A stretch of 63,994 nucleotides of DNA, filler included, from Ionaspis alba (GCA_964255285.1; 6 parts of 6 records of this genome joined end to end with filler, not necessarily neighbours in it), one strand, 5' to 3'. Positions 51,084 to 63,797 are shown, counted from the whole stretch's first letter. Made by a program: numbers and translations. The notes: a model not told the origin generated them from the sequence alone.

Positions 51084-51552
51084 ATGGCCAAAGCCCGCCA
51101 CGCAACAGGCCACTCCCGCCCCCGCATCCTTGACGCCATCACGCCCGCCAGCACCACCACCAAGCGCAAATCTACCAAGCCGCGTACCACCACCACCAAG
51201 AAAACTACCACTACCACCACCACGACCACGTCTGCGCCGGCGGGAGTGAAGAAAACGGCGGCGCCTAGGAAGAGGAAGACGTCGCTGAAGGATAAGGTTG
51301 AGGGGATGGTGGAGAAGGTTGAGGGGGTGGTGGAGGGGAAGCCGGGGAAGAAGGTATGAATTTTCTTTGGTTTTTGAGTCGTGAGGTGTAGCAGTGGAGA
51401 TGGCGATGTGGGCAGGTGGTGTTTGGGCGTTTGGGATCCTGCAGAGGGTTTTGCATATTTCGCTGACTTCATTGGGTGGATAGGCTGCGGGGACTAGGCA
51501 GATGCATGGGACTGATGGGAAGAAGGTTGGGACTACGAAGAAGAAGATTTAG
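51084..51552 (+). CDS. Small basic Thr/Lys-rich fungal protein of unknown function (2 exons)
   Basis: ACCATGG start context. Intron 51354-51483 joins GKPGKK to AAGTRQMHGTDG. Confidence 0.75.
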
Positions 51553-52327
51553 ATGGCTCTGGTTTCTGGGGAAGTTGGGGCTTGTGGGATTGTTATGCTG
51601 GAGATCGGGATGTGCGTCCTTGTTCTCTGCTGGTTGACCAGAGATTGTTCCGCTGGGGTTCATTGTATAACTTCCCTAGCTCATGATGCTGGCGATATTG
51701 CGTCGCTGGTGTTTTGAGATGTTGGTCCTGGATTTGAGGGCTTGGGACTTCCTATTTTTCTCCTTTCTGTGGGCAAGGGGAAGGCGCGAGGACGGTTTGT
51801 AAGATACCCTTATTTGCTCAGGTGGACTTGCGGAGTATGCACATGGTTTTCTTGGATGCTGTGGTCTAGGTGAATGAAAGCTTTTCTGATGCTGCTAATG
51901 ATATCTTAAGAACTGTTGATTTTGTACTGGATAGTGTTTGGGAAGAGTGGTTTTTCCGGCCGCAGGGTTCTGTCTTGCTTTTGATTCATGTCACGGTCTG
52001 CTTCGATCATTTCGAAGCATTCTATGTTCTCGGATTGACATTTTTTTTCTCTAAAACCCCTTTCTAATGTCTCCGGACGAGTTGCGATTGTCGTTTCCTC
52101 ATATCTGAAGAGTTCTTTCGGTATCGCGTGAACGCTTGGCTGGACAGGCCGACTCATAAATGCACAAGCAAAGCAGAAGAGGTGGCATTCCATTCTCCCT
52201 CATACTGATACTACTAAGAACACCATAAGGAGCTCCGTGCTACCTAAACCATCAAATCCTGAGACAAACAATACACCGACATCAATCAGTCAATCTCCAA
52301 CCCTTTCTGCAACCAAAGACGAACACA

Positions 52328-52597
52328 CTAGCGTCTACCATACCCGTCAGCACGATGGTGACCGTCGCCTTTCCCGGTAGAGGATCTGCTCGACGAGTGG
52401 TGGTAACTATTTGCATCGTGCTGTTGACCGGTCGAGGAAAAGTTTGGATTGGTGGAAGTCTGGTTTCCGCTACCCGGAGATTGATAGCCCGACATCGAGG
52501 GTTTACCGCCGGTATAAGGAGAATAATAGCTACCGCCAGAGCCATGGTATGCGCCGCCGTTACCATGGTTCGTCGGAGCAACACCCACAGCTGTCAT
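52328..52597 (-). CDS. Possible Gly/Ser/His-rich low-complexity protein fragment; upstream structure unresolved
   Basis: Protein-like composition, but an in-frame TAA lies just upstream and I recognise no domain. Confidence 0.3.
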   Translation of the reverse strand: MTAVGVAPTNHGNGGAYHGSGGSYYSPYTGGKPSMSGYQSPGSGNQTSTNPNFSSTGQQHDANSYHHSSSRSSTGKGDGHHRADGYGRR

Positions 52598-54039
52598 GCC
52601 GTGCCAAGGCTGTTCTCTTGGTGCTTCACCTTAGTACCTGTGCATGGGGTTGTGCCAGGTTTCTTGCTGTGTCGTCTGCGGATGATAGTTGTGTGGGATA
52701 GTAGTAGGGGTTACCCATGGTCGATCGAGCTGCTGGTATTCCAATTGAGAACCACTTGCTTGGGTGCATTCAACCGAGGATCGAGATGGTTGTGCCTGTA
52801 TCAGAAATCAGCAGTCGTCATAAACGGGAGAATCCTTAGAGTACCCGATTGTGTGCGACCATGCTGGAAGCTCCATTGTCTGGCTTTGTGGAGGGGCTGT
52901 AGGAGGAATTCGGCATGATTTCAAGATGGTATTGTGATAATATTCTCTATATAATGGATATGACTGAGGTAGGGCCTCGAACGTTTAATGGATGTGCTTA
53001 TAAGACATTGACCATATATATCGGTATGCAACTTAATGAATGCTTGAGCAGGTGGCATCCACAGCCTGGTCTTATAGACGAGATCCATCCTCTCAGGACT
53101 TCTTTGGAACCTTTTGCACCCAGACTGTACCTTCGAAGTATCAATCCAGTGAATTGCGGTACAAGCTCATTGGTTGGCCCTTGCCATATTTCGCCCAATC
53201 AATGCAGTTATCAATATTGCGGAAGCATTTTGATCCCTGTCCATGCTGATCTCACCCACGGACATACTATAAAGTAAAGCGAACGGCGGAGGACTATCAT
53301 CCAGAGCCATGTAATCTTGCTATTCGCGAGGATTAGCTTCGGGCATTAGATGCACGAACACACCGTGAATATGTCAAAATAAAGATCCTGGGCTATGGGA
53401 GTTAGAGACGTGGTATATGACAACTTTCATCCTTTCGGTGGACGAACTGACTTGAAAAGATTCGGGTTGTCCTCGAATTTGACGATCCGCGACCAGAGTC
53501 AAGTGAGGTATGGATGATTGCTGCGCACTTCACAGCGCTCATGTAAGTCAACTTTGGCACGACTTTGGATCTTGCACATAATGATGTGAGGCTCTTTGCT
53601 CTTTGCCTAAATCCCCACCGCTACTAGCGTTAGATGCCTTGGACCAGGGTGACGGACTAGGCAATCGAGATATGAAGTCTTCCTCCTTGCCACATCATTC
53701 AGATATAATCCTTCACAGACCTGGAGACCGGTAACTTGGTAGAGGCTGAGCCACGAATCAACGGTTCCGGCGCTTACTCGCGCCTAAGATGTGATTTCCT
53801 GAACCACCGAGAATGAAGCTGGTACAACCGACTCGACGACTGGCCAAGACTTTGGTATTGGAGTTTCAACGTTGCGGTACGACGAGCACCGACGGACAGG
53901 TTCGCAGAAAATTGCTATTCGAATGTTTCTACCGATTTCCATTCAGAATCTGGTCTGAGTTGCGGGGCTTGGCATACTGGCAGTAAAGGCGATGGACAGA
54001 AGTCGGAGATATGCTCCCCTTGTAGTGCCCCTACCTTGC

Positions 54040-54122
54040 TTGCAGGGGGGGCAACAAGCGCAATGCTGTCCCCCCTGATACCTTCTAGGTGGACATCATT
54101 GCGCTTGTTGCCCCTTCCGCAA
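54040..54122. repeat. 32-bp inverted repeat with 19-nt loop (hairpin; milRNA-precursor candidate)
   Basis: Arm 54040-54071 matches the reverse complement of 54091-54122 at 28/32 positions. Two of the four differences are G.U pairs on the + strand. Confidence 0.85.
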
Positions 54123-54523
54123 CGACTTTTCTCGACAGCTATTTGCTTTGATTTGCTTTGCTCTCGCCCCGTTGCCTATCGTTGAGATGGTAGATCGAAC
54201 GCTGAATTACGCACTTACTTACAGATCATCACAAAAATAATAGAAAGATGATCTCAGACGTCTCGATGACATCGGACCTTGGTACCGGTCATTGCCTGAA
54301 TGCGTCGTCCCATCAACTCCACATAGGCACGCCGGTGCCAATATGAACGGTATGCCCGACGGGATCTTCATTGAGCGCAGCCTCTAAACCCCCCCAATAT
54401 GTAGATTTCAGGTGGATACATTGAAGAGCATGCACGTTTGTATTGTTGACCCGGTCGCGCAATGAAAGGAACAATATCTTTTGGTGGCACTATTCATGCA
54501 GGCGGTTTTCAAAACAGCGGTAC

Positions 54524-54623
54524 NNNNNNNNNNNNNNNNNNNNNNNNNNNNNNNNNNNNNNNNNNNNTTAATTAATTAANNNNNNNNNNNNNNNNNNNNN
54601 NNNNNNNNNNNNNNNNNNNNNNN
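54524..54623. other. Artificial contig linker
   Basis: N44-TTAATTAATTAA-N44. Confidence 0.98.
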
Positions 54624-55957
54624 GAAGGGGTGGTGGGATTGGGGCGACGGTGGCGTGGATGGAACGGTTTTCTAGGAGGTATGGGGTCTTAGTGATATGA
54701 TTCTTGTATTTGGGAAAGGCTGAGAGGTTGGAATTTACCATTGTGGATACCTGGTGTCGATAGGACGGTTGGAGATGAGGTATTGTTTCGCCCATACTTG
54801 GGTCTGTGAACATGTCGTGCAGGACCACGACTTCCACCCGGAGACGGTAGAGGCGGGGCTTGGCCTGTATTCAGTATGGAGATGGAATGATGATGAGTAC
54901 TGCCTTGGCCGCTGGCGACGGAGAGGTTGGTAGGTAGATGTGGCGATGGTATGCCTGTTGCCGGCATGGGCGGAAAGTACTCGGTCCCACTCTCGCCAGG
55001 TCGGACATCTTCATTCACATAATATGGCATGTGTACTCTTGGGGAATGTCTCGGCGTTCGTCTCTGAGGTACGTCGATGAGAAGAGCATCGTCGACTGTC
55101 TGACCACCCGGATAGTATGCATCCAGTGTTCTCGTAATGGGCTCTTCTGGCCCAAGTGTCCTCTCGCCGTGTGAAGCGCGATGTGATTGATCTCGGGGTA
55201 CGATGCGTAGAGTGACATCCGGCGAGTCGAAGCTCCTCCCTAAAGAATTGACGTACTTCTTCAAAATCATGTCCCTCACATCGTCCACCAGATCATCCTC
55301 TTTGATCACTACCAGTGTTGCGGATGCACCGGGTCGCTTGACCCATATTTTCCGGTGTAGCATGGCTGCACTCAATGTAGGAGGTCCGCCAAAGTAATCG
55401 ATAGGTTCCGGCTGTGTACGCGATTTGTCGGACGAGAGTAAGGTCTTGATGAAACGAGCCTGACTGTTGTGTGCCAGAGACTGTCTGCGAGGTCCGACTT
55501 CTGGTCTTTGTGATCCTTCTTCTTTGTGTTCTTCCTCTGCTGTGCTTTCCAACGAAGGAATATCTCGCTGCGCTGGCTCGACTGGTCGATTTATCGCGTC
55601 GGGTGTAGGCTCCTCCAACGTAACGAGCGGATTCTGTTTCCCTTCCAGCGCTGATCTTGCCGTTTCCAAGCTCGTGTCCGGTGTTGCTTGCAATTCAGCA
55701 GGCAGTATTTGAGGCGAGGAGAAGGCACCAGGGACCATAGGCGAGGGCAACGGTAGTATGTCCTCACCAGGCTCTTCTTCATAAACAGGTTGCTCAACGA
55801 CCCTGCCTCTGTTTTTCAATAGCAGAGAGGTCTTGCTTCGTGTTCTATGGCTACCGTCTCCGCCAGTGGCACTCGTGGTTGAAGAAGTAGACGACTTGGC
55901 AGACGAAGCAGAGGATCGGCGGAACAACGGGAATAGCTTCGTTTTGAGGTCGGCCAT
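54624..55957 (-). CDS. SSK1: Response regulator Ssk1/SskA, N-terminal part (receiver domain lies beyond the contig end)
   Basis: RKIWVKRPGASATLV...EDDLVDDVRDMILKKY.NSLGRSFDSPD is the conserved N-terminal block of filamentous-fungal Ssk1. Confidence 0.8.
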
Positions 55958-57573
55958 TGTTTCTGTCTCTGCCTCTGTGCCCAGGAGCGATGATGGCTCA
56001 GCAGAGGTTGCTCGGAAAGAACGAGCAACACACCACGAAGAACCTCATGCAGGAAAGAAGTAAAAAATGTGAAACGTTGTGGCGATGAGATCACTCTCTT
56101 TTGCTGGTAATTGCTTCTTGCTGCCGTTCGACGCGTTCTTGTGCAGCCGGTGATTTGCTGGTTCAGGGATCGAGATTGCTTATGGCCGAACTACGATTGG
56201 GGGAGCTCCAAGGATGCGGGGGAAGAAACAACCAGCAACTCTGCTAAAGAGTGACTTTGTGAAGGCAAGTGGAGTATCGACGGAGAGGTTTTGCTCATGG
56301 CTGATGACTCGGGATCTGTACGTGTAAAAGGAGTAGCAGCCTATATACAGTTGGACCCTTACAGAAGGACATATTTACTGCATACGATTATTACAACGAA
56401 CAAGTAGCAACATATTGATCGCTGCTTGCTGACAATAGCAATACTCAATTTCCTGTTTTGTTCATGCCATGTGCTTGATTTGACCGATTCCCTCTGCCTC
56501 TCTGCCTGCACGCGAAATTAAGGCAAGGCTTCACCCCCAGTCCTTTCAGCCACAAGAGCTCCAACGGCGACACGAGGCATTGTCTGTCCCTTGTTAATCG
56601 CTCATACTCCGTCTATGCTTACTCGATCCGGCTTTGTGAGAATGATATCCTAGGTGTCTGGGGCTTTGCATCGGTATAGTTTTTCTCTACAATACTGCAA
56701 GATAACTCGTTGACTTTGTTCACGAATTGATTGAGGTTCTCCATCACGGGCTTCTTTTCGTAGCAAGTGACCGTTGCAAATGAGTAGTTGTGTGTATGGC
56801 AAACAAACATATCCGACCCTCTACCGCAGCAAGAGCAAGATTATGCCATGCCAACCATCGCCTAAAATCTCCTCAAAATCCGTGAGTTCGCCAAGTCCAT
56901 CCACCATACAATGCTTCCTAATGAAAGCCCTTCAGGCATCCAGCCAGAGCCAGCAAAGATGAAGCCGTAATGCCCAGTGTAGAAATCAAAAAGATCCCCC
57001 TTGCACGCCATGCCAGCCGTCAAATTCAACGCCAGTGCTCAGCCCAGTCGACTGGGGAACAAAAGACACAAATCGCATGATAGACACCCGACCGATCAGA
57101 GACAGAAAGAGTGGGTGAGAAATGATCGCACCGGCGAAATGCCCCCCGATGAGCTCCGTCCTCGATACGCAAAAGGGGGAATCATCGCCAAATGTTCCGG
57201 TAAAAGCCAGTCACATCCATCCATTCATCCACACAAAACGCTCGACGAAACCCTTCCGCTTTGTGATACATGCACTTTGCACGCTCCGATAGCTTAATAT
57301 AAAAAAAATCAAGAATATCCCTCAAGCAATGATGCCGGACCCCCGCACACGCACGCACGTACACACACGTAAATAAATGTCCCCCATGATGAGGAGAGAA
57401 AGAATCTAGATGAAAGCATGAGGAACAAAAAGGACAGAGGATGTCGGGCTTGCACAACAACGAGAGCAAATGGGAAATATCCACCACCGAAGCACCATGC
57501 ATGCCATTGACACATTAGTACCGCACAAACAAAAATCAAGATCAAATGTTGGAAGGTCGTTAAATGTTCTTCC

Positions 57574-59256
57574 TCAGCGCCCGAGCATGTAATCCGGAAA
57601 TTGTGACGCCTGTGTGTTCCATGGACTTCCCATCGACATCGAGCCTGTCAGAGGCGGACTTTTCATCCCGTGCATTCCCATTCCCGCCACAGGACTCATC
57701 GGTGCACCGAAGGGACTGTTCATCATTCCTAGATGGGTTGGGCTGCCCAGGCTGCTCATGGAGCTTCCGCTGGTTCCGTTGCTTGTGCTCAAACCGGGAG
57801 GAGCGGAGAGACCTGGTGGGGGGCCATTGGCTGTAGAAAAGGATTGCATCCCTCCGCCCATTCCCGACATTGGACCTTGGGGTGACATTGGTGTTGGAGG
57901 CATGCCGCCGGGTTGGCCTGTACGGACGCCCAAAGGATTCTTCGAGAAGCTGAGTCGAATGCCGCCTTTTACGCTGTTATGAAGTGGATGTCCGTAGAGG
58001 TCATTAAGAGCTTTGGTAGCAAAAGAGACATCTTCGAATTCGACAAAACACATTGGACCATTTTGTTTGGTCCTGAAACACAATCGCTTGTAGCCTCGCT
58101 GTTTGGAAAACATGGCCTTGAGCTCGTCCTCTGAAGTGTCGATTGGAAGATTTCCGACATATAGCGTGTTGCACGGAGGATTTTGATCTGCTGGATTTAC
58201 GGGTGGGTAATTATGCCGTTGGTAGTGTTGACCTGCCAATTGATATGAAGCATTCGGACCCATGTTCACCATAGCTGTAGGTGACATAGCAGCAGGAGGA
58301 CTTTGCATAGGTCCCATTGCTCGAGGTGACGAAAACCCTTGCATTGGAGGGGAAGCCATGGCGCTACCGTTGAGAGACAATCCGGCAAAGCGAGTTGAGA
58401 TGTTAGGATTGGTAGCTCTTCGAGACAGTTGACCAATATTTCCAGCCATGTCATTCTTTGCATATGCGACAGGATCATCAAGAAGCTTGCCGGTTTCGTC
58501 ATCCACTGCATCCTCACCTATAACAGATTTGCCCGAAACTCGTTGTCGTTCCAAGGGGTGTCCGATTGGTGACTGAGGCGAAAACACATCCTGGAATGAA
58601 GATCCGGCAGTTGGCCTTGGCAGCTCTCCATTCGTAGTCGGAGCGTTACCGCCGCTATTCAAACTGGTCATAGGGCCTGGAGGTGAGATGCGATCTAGCA
58701 TTTGAAATGCACCATTATATCGCGACGATTGACGCGTATTCTGCCCGCTCGAAGAGCCTGTGGACGAACCCGAGCTTACATTTCCGCGACCAAAAGTTCC
58801 GTCCAAAGTATTTCGTCTAGCTCCATAACCATTTCCTGGGGACAAATGCAAAACTTCCACGATCATCTTGGCTTCTCCTGCTGTGTTCGGTTTGCCGTCT
58901 AACATTGCTCTAGCTTCCTGGGCCGCGGTCGAGGTTCGGAATCGAGCAATAGCTGATAGATAGCCCTTGTCGTCGGCATGTTCTGGGTTGACGAATTCGG
59001 CCCCTATGAAATCTTTGGCGAAGAGAAGCATGCTTCTCAATGCTTCAGGTGTTGTATTGCGGGGAAGCTTGCGCATGTAAATCGCGGACACCTGCTGCGA
59101 TTCTGAACGAGAGTTGGATCTATCAGACACCAGTCCCAGGCTAGGCTTCACCATAGTGTTGTCGAACGGATCCGGTTGACTGGTAGGAGACATGGGTTGA
59201 GACGAGGGGAATCCATAGTGAGCTGAGCCCTTTTGGTTGAAGGATTCCGAAGTCAT
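57574..59256 (-). CDS. WHI3: RRM RNA-binding protein, Whi3/Whi4/Scw1 family
   Basis: NPADQNPPCNTLYVGNLP...GYKRLCFRTKQNGPMCFVEFED...GGIRLSFSKNPLGVR, with a degenerate N-terminal RRM. Confidence 0.92.
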   Translation of the reverse strand: MTSESFNQKGSAHYGFPSSQPMSPTSQPDPFDNTMVKPSLGLVSDRSNSRSESQQVSAIYMRKLPRNTTPEALRSMLLFAKDFIGAEFVNPEHADDKGYLSAIARFRTSTAAQEARAMLDGKPNTAGEAKMIVEVLHLSPGNGYGARRNTLDGTFGRGNVSSGSSTGSSSGQNTRQSSRYNGAFQMLDRISPPGPMTSLNSGGNAPTTNGELPRPTAGSSFQDVFSPQSPIGHPLERQRVSGKSVIGEDAVDDETGKLLDDPVAYAKNDMAGNIGQLSRRATNPNISTRFAGLSLNGSAMASPPMQGFSSPRAMGPMQSPPAAMSPTAMVNMGPNASYQLAGQHYQRHNYPPVNPADQNPPCNTLYVGNLPIDTSEDELKAMFSKQRGYKRLCFRTKQNGPMCFVEFEDVSFATKALNDLYGHPLHNSVKGGIRLSFSKNPLGVRTGQPGGMPPTPMSPQGPMSGMGGGMQSFSTANGPPPGLSAPPGLSTSNGTSGSSMSSLGSPTHLGMMNSPFGAPMSPVAGMGMHGMKSPPLTGSMSMGSPWNTQASQFPDYMLGR

Positions 59257-62200
59257 TGTATCATCCGACTGCCTTTCTCGGAGAAAAATGGGTTTGAGCC
59301 TCAATCGAGTTGCCAAGGCGAGGCAGAGTCAGACGAGGCCGACCTTCAATCGACGAGTTAACGATTCCTCGCTGACAGCTGCCAATGGAGTTGCGTGGCT
59401 AGGTATCTTTCGAGTCGACCAGTATCAGTGCTGGATGTGATCGGTTGCACATACGTTCGCGCGCATGTGTTAGTGCGGTGCTGGTCAGCGGTATCTGGAC
59501 TGTGAAAGTCCGCGTCTTTCGAGAGGCCCTTTCGTGGCGCGTAGGTAGATCTACTCCGGGTGTATCACAACAAGCCGTGGGGACCTTGTCGGAGATCGAG
59601 AACGGAGATATCTTCTCAAGTCCCTAAATGCAGAAGAGTTGGTCGGCGCGTGCCTTGTGATTTCGATGACAAAAGTGCACAGCTTGGTCGAGAGGGGGTG
59701 GTGCGACAAGTGCTCCGAGAGAAACAATGTCTATTGACAATGCAATCGACTCGAAGATCAGAGGTGCGCTTGCAATGAAAGAAGCTGTTGTTGAAATGCG
59801 ACCGGGTGTGGGATCGCACGATGAGGTAGGTATGGCTGCAGGGATGGAAGATGGATGCTCTAGGATTGGACAGCCGATGACAGTGAACCTGACTTGCGCC
59901 AATGTCGCAAAGATGTCCGAGTGCCCGCGCGCGCGCGAGAAGATGATAATGGGAACGAGGGAGCTGGGTGGGAGATGGTGAGAACGTTGAAGGTGAAGAA
60001 CGGTGGGTGAGGTTGCGAAACCAGGGAAATCCTTTCGTAGTGGGAGAAGGCTCTGGGGGAGGAAGGGTACAGTGCCACGGGTACTTCCCTGGGACGTCGA
60101 AGAAAGTGGGCTTGAGGCTACCGCAAACCAATGGCCAGGGCTCCCGAGGGGGAGATTTCTGGGTGGGCTCAGGGTGGGTGCTTGAAAGTGTTTGGGTGTG
60201 TAACCTACTGGTCGTAGCCTCTGTAGGGGAGTAGTCGGTGGTGTCGGACAGATGCCTCTAAGGCGCGGCGGCGCAGTTTCTGGAGGGGCAGGAGGTTGTT
60301 GGCCTCTGCGTTTTCTCGGTAATTCCACCGCCGGGGAAGACTATTAGGACCTAGTTTCTCGAAAGACGTAAAACGGGCTGGGATAGCTGATGATCAATGA
60401 CCCGAGCGATTGGATAAGGAGAATGAGGGCAGTTTGATCGTGACAAAGGAAGTCAACGGTTTGTCGCGACTATGGATTGGCTAAGAAACAAATGGTGAGG
60501 TAGAGATTGGAGGAGGAGGAGGAGGATGAAGGATTGAAGTAAATAGTGAATTACTGGGGTTTCGCGTTGTATGTAATATCCTATGGCTGGAACAGCGGGA
60601 AGAAGAATTACTCGTAGACCGGAAAGCAGCCATTGGGTCCCTGCGTGGAAAGGCGTGAAGGAGGGCAAGAGGGCAAGAAGGAAAGAGGGGCACAAAACAA
60701 CAGTGACGGACGGGGGGGGATGGGAATAACGATCATGATCATGGCGGGTTTGTAGTGCCTGTACCGTTGGTCTGCTCATCTACTATTGGCAGATTGGGGA
60801 GACGTCGAGGAAGGGAAGGGTCCGTCCAGCTGGGATGACATGCCCACTAACAAAAACTGTATCCTGCTTCCACTCTAGACTGAAGCGGTGATGGGAAGGC
60901 TTGACTTGGAAGACCGTATCGAGGTTGAGTCAATCAGTATCTCGAGTCCAGGCAGAGGGGGAACATACTCAGAAGACACTATCCACACTGCGGACTGGCC
61001 TTTGAGTGACTGATATATGCTGCTGCTCCTGCTTCCATTGTGAGGACGGTCAATTCGGCACATTGATCCTATGAACTCTCCATCCAGGTCGCAGACCAAT
61101 CAGTCCATCGAGGCTGTACAGATACCTTCGCTTGCACGATAGACATCCTTGAAAGCCTCCAGGGTTGCAATCCACTCCATGGATGGCACTCCATCCGGCA
61201 CACTCCCAAGCCTCCCCCATGAGGCTCTTGGGTCAGAAGTCACAGAGACTACCCGCAGCCCGGCAATCGAAAGTTGATGAAAGGATCACGCAGGCTGTCG
61301 CATGTGTGCTGTAGTAGTAAACGGTGCTACCTTTGACGTCTTCCACCCATGGAAAGTATACGCATGGCTGGCATGCTCATAGGGTGATCTTCGTACTCTG
61401 ACAGTTGTCCAAGGAATATATCTGCACACCGGACACTGCCCGTATCTTGTAACCCTCCGCACTTGTTTCTGAACTAACGCGAACATCGTCAGGAGCAAGG
61501 CCACTCCTGTCCCAGCAAATGCATCCCTACCGGTGCCAGCCTTTCGAGCTTGGCCTTCCATCGCTGCCCATTGGATCCCACCAAGTCGATGGGAATCTGC
61601 GCTATCCTCCGTTGTCGACAAGCCATCGCGCGGAAAGGTGTGGTGGGCTGCAACGCGCTTTCATCGAATCAAAAGCGTGGCCCTTCCAACACCGACCATG
61701 GCACTTGATCCTCACTACCGGCCTGGCCATGTTGAAACGCTAAATCGCTGTCAGTCGTCTGCCAATCGTCCACTCACATCCCATGATCCACCACAGGACG
61801 AACAGCTTTTTTGCCCTTTCACCGTTCAGCCTGACTCCAAAGTCCTCCACACTTCACGAATGTCTGACATGCCTATAGGTCAGGACTCTGAACGAGATCA
61901 CCCGGATGCAGATGTCATCTTCGCCTTGCTCGAGGAAACATAGCGAGAAATCTTCCCATTTCTAAGCGCTACGGCTTCCCCCCGGAGCTTCAGGAAAAAA
62001 AGAGTGCCTCATGCACAGAGAGGTATATTGTCAAGGAAATACCCTGAGGATACCTCGAATTCAATTATATCCACTATGTATTGGTACATAGGCTTATCAG
62101 AACCGACCACGACACCCACCTGCATGAGGAGGTTGTACCAGAAATAACCTGCCTCCGGCATCCTTGGCACATTGCGTTATTTTCTCCTGCGAAAAAAGCA

Positions 62201-62833
62201 GACAAAATGTGTGACTCAGGCTTGGTCACACTGCAGCTGCGGGACTCGGTCACCGGAACGAAAAGGGTCGTCCCGTCAAACCGAGGCGCCGCCGCACTTC
62301 CCAGATCGTGGGGATGCCTGATGTCTGCCACTGTTGCTGCTGCAGCGTGCCGCCTTCCAAGGTCGGCTAACCAGTGAGCAGGAAGAGAGAGAGCCGGAGG
62401 GACTGGTACTACGGAGTACAAAATGGGACTCTCCCCACCCTGATTTGTCTTGTGGGGTCTGCCGAGGGAAAATGCATGTTGAGTTCTCCATGTTGTGTTC
62501 ATTCCCGTTATCGTCCAAGCTTCTTGCGGCGTTTAATCTACGTAGCGTGGTACAGTGTTTATTTCGACCATGGTGGATGTCAACCATCTCCGCACCACTG
62601 CATCATCTGCATCGACCAGGTACAACGAGTGCAAGGTTGACAATTGCTTTACCTGCCTTTTCGCGTCAACCAGTCCAACAAGATTTTGATAGATTGGAAA
62701 CATGGTTAAAGAGATGAGCGGAATCGAGACTTACCATAAATGACTTGCATCGTGAATCTTCTTCATGGATAGACCCTTCCCCAACGAAATGAATCAGCCA
62801 CAAGGGACAAAGCCTTCAGGTCGATAGAGCATC

Positions 62834-63546
62834 TCAAAAATCCTGTACGCCCGTCTCTCCGGTCATCTTCCTTCCAGCTTCCCCTTCGTCTGCCTCCTCA
62901 ACCCACCTGGCCTCCTCCGCTTCGAACCACTTCTCCTCCAGCTCCCTCTCCTCCTCTAAACCATCGAATTCCTGGCTCTCATCCACAAATTCGTACTCAA
63001 ACTCCACATCCCCACCCCTTAAGAATCTCCTCTCCATTTCTCCTTTCCACCTCTTCATGCCTTCCTCCTTCGTCAGCGGCACCTCATCCCTCTCCTCCTC
63101 AATGATCTCCCCATCTTTGCCACGCTTATAGCTCATACCACCACCGTCCTGCCCCGATTCCTTCAAAGCTTGGACTTTGGCTTCCGATCGCCATAGATCC
63201 GCCTCCAGCACCCCAGAATAACCTTTCTTCCTTCCCTCGTCTTCACGCTCTGCTGGTGTTTGAAACCGCCGAACCAACCGGTCATAAGCCAGAGGATCTT
63301 CCGCTCATCAGCCACTATCAGGGGAAACCATTGAGACCGCGTCCGCTAACCTGCGAGTTCTAACGCTGGGGAGAAGTATTCCGGGTGCAACTCGAGATAC
63401 CGTTTTCGCCGGTTTTTGGCGCGGATGCGGGCGCTCGTCTCTGGAGATAGCGAGCGTGGTCTTGCCCTCATACCGGATCGCAAGGCATCGGATGGGGTAG
63501 AAGAAGGCGGATTGGTGATCGGAGAGGAGTTGATTGAAGCTTCCAT
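62834..63546 (-). CDS. CCDC97-like protein (2 exons)
   Basis: KNRRKRYLELHPEYFS...LELA|DPLAYDRLVRRFQT, RRFLRGGDVEFEYEFVD, EEKWF. Confidence 0.82.
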
Positions 63547-63797
63547 CCTTGCTGTTGAGATGCGATGCACGCACGGCTCATGGATGAGGCAGAAAACCTT
63601 ATGTAGCTGTCAAAAACCGTTGACCATGGTCGAAGCAAGGGCATCCCTGGATGACAGCCGCCCTCGCTTACCACTTGGATAGCCTGAATTGATGTCATGC
63701 ATGCATGCTTCGAATTCTCCAATGATGAGCTGTGGCCAAGCATCAACTATCCACAACACCCACCATTTGTTCGAACCACCTTTTATCATACGCCACA

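Noticed and set aside
32824..54122. RdRP plus hairpin as a linked silencing system
   Set aside because: They lie on different contigs separated by a linker, so the proximity is artificial.
60875..62717. Several 70-140 aa ORFs upstream of WHI3
   Set aside because: No motifs or coherent exon structure, consistent with chance ORFs or a heavily decayed relic.
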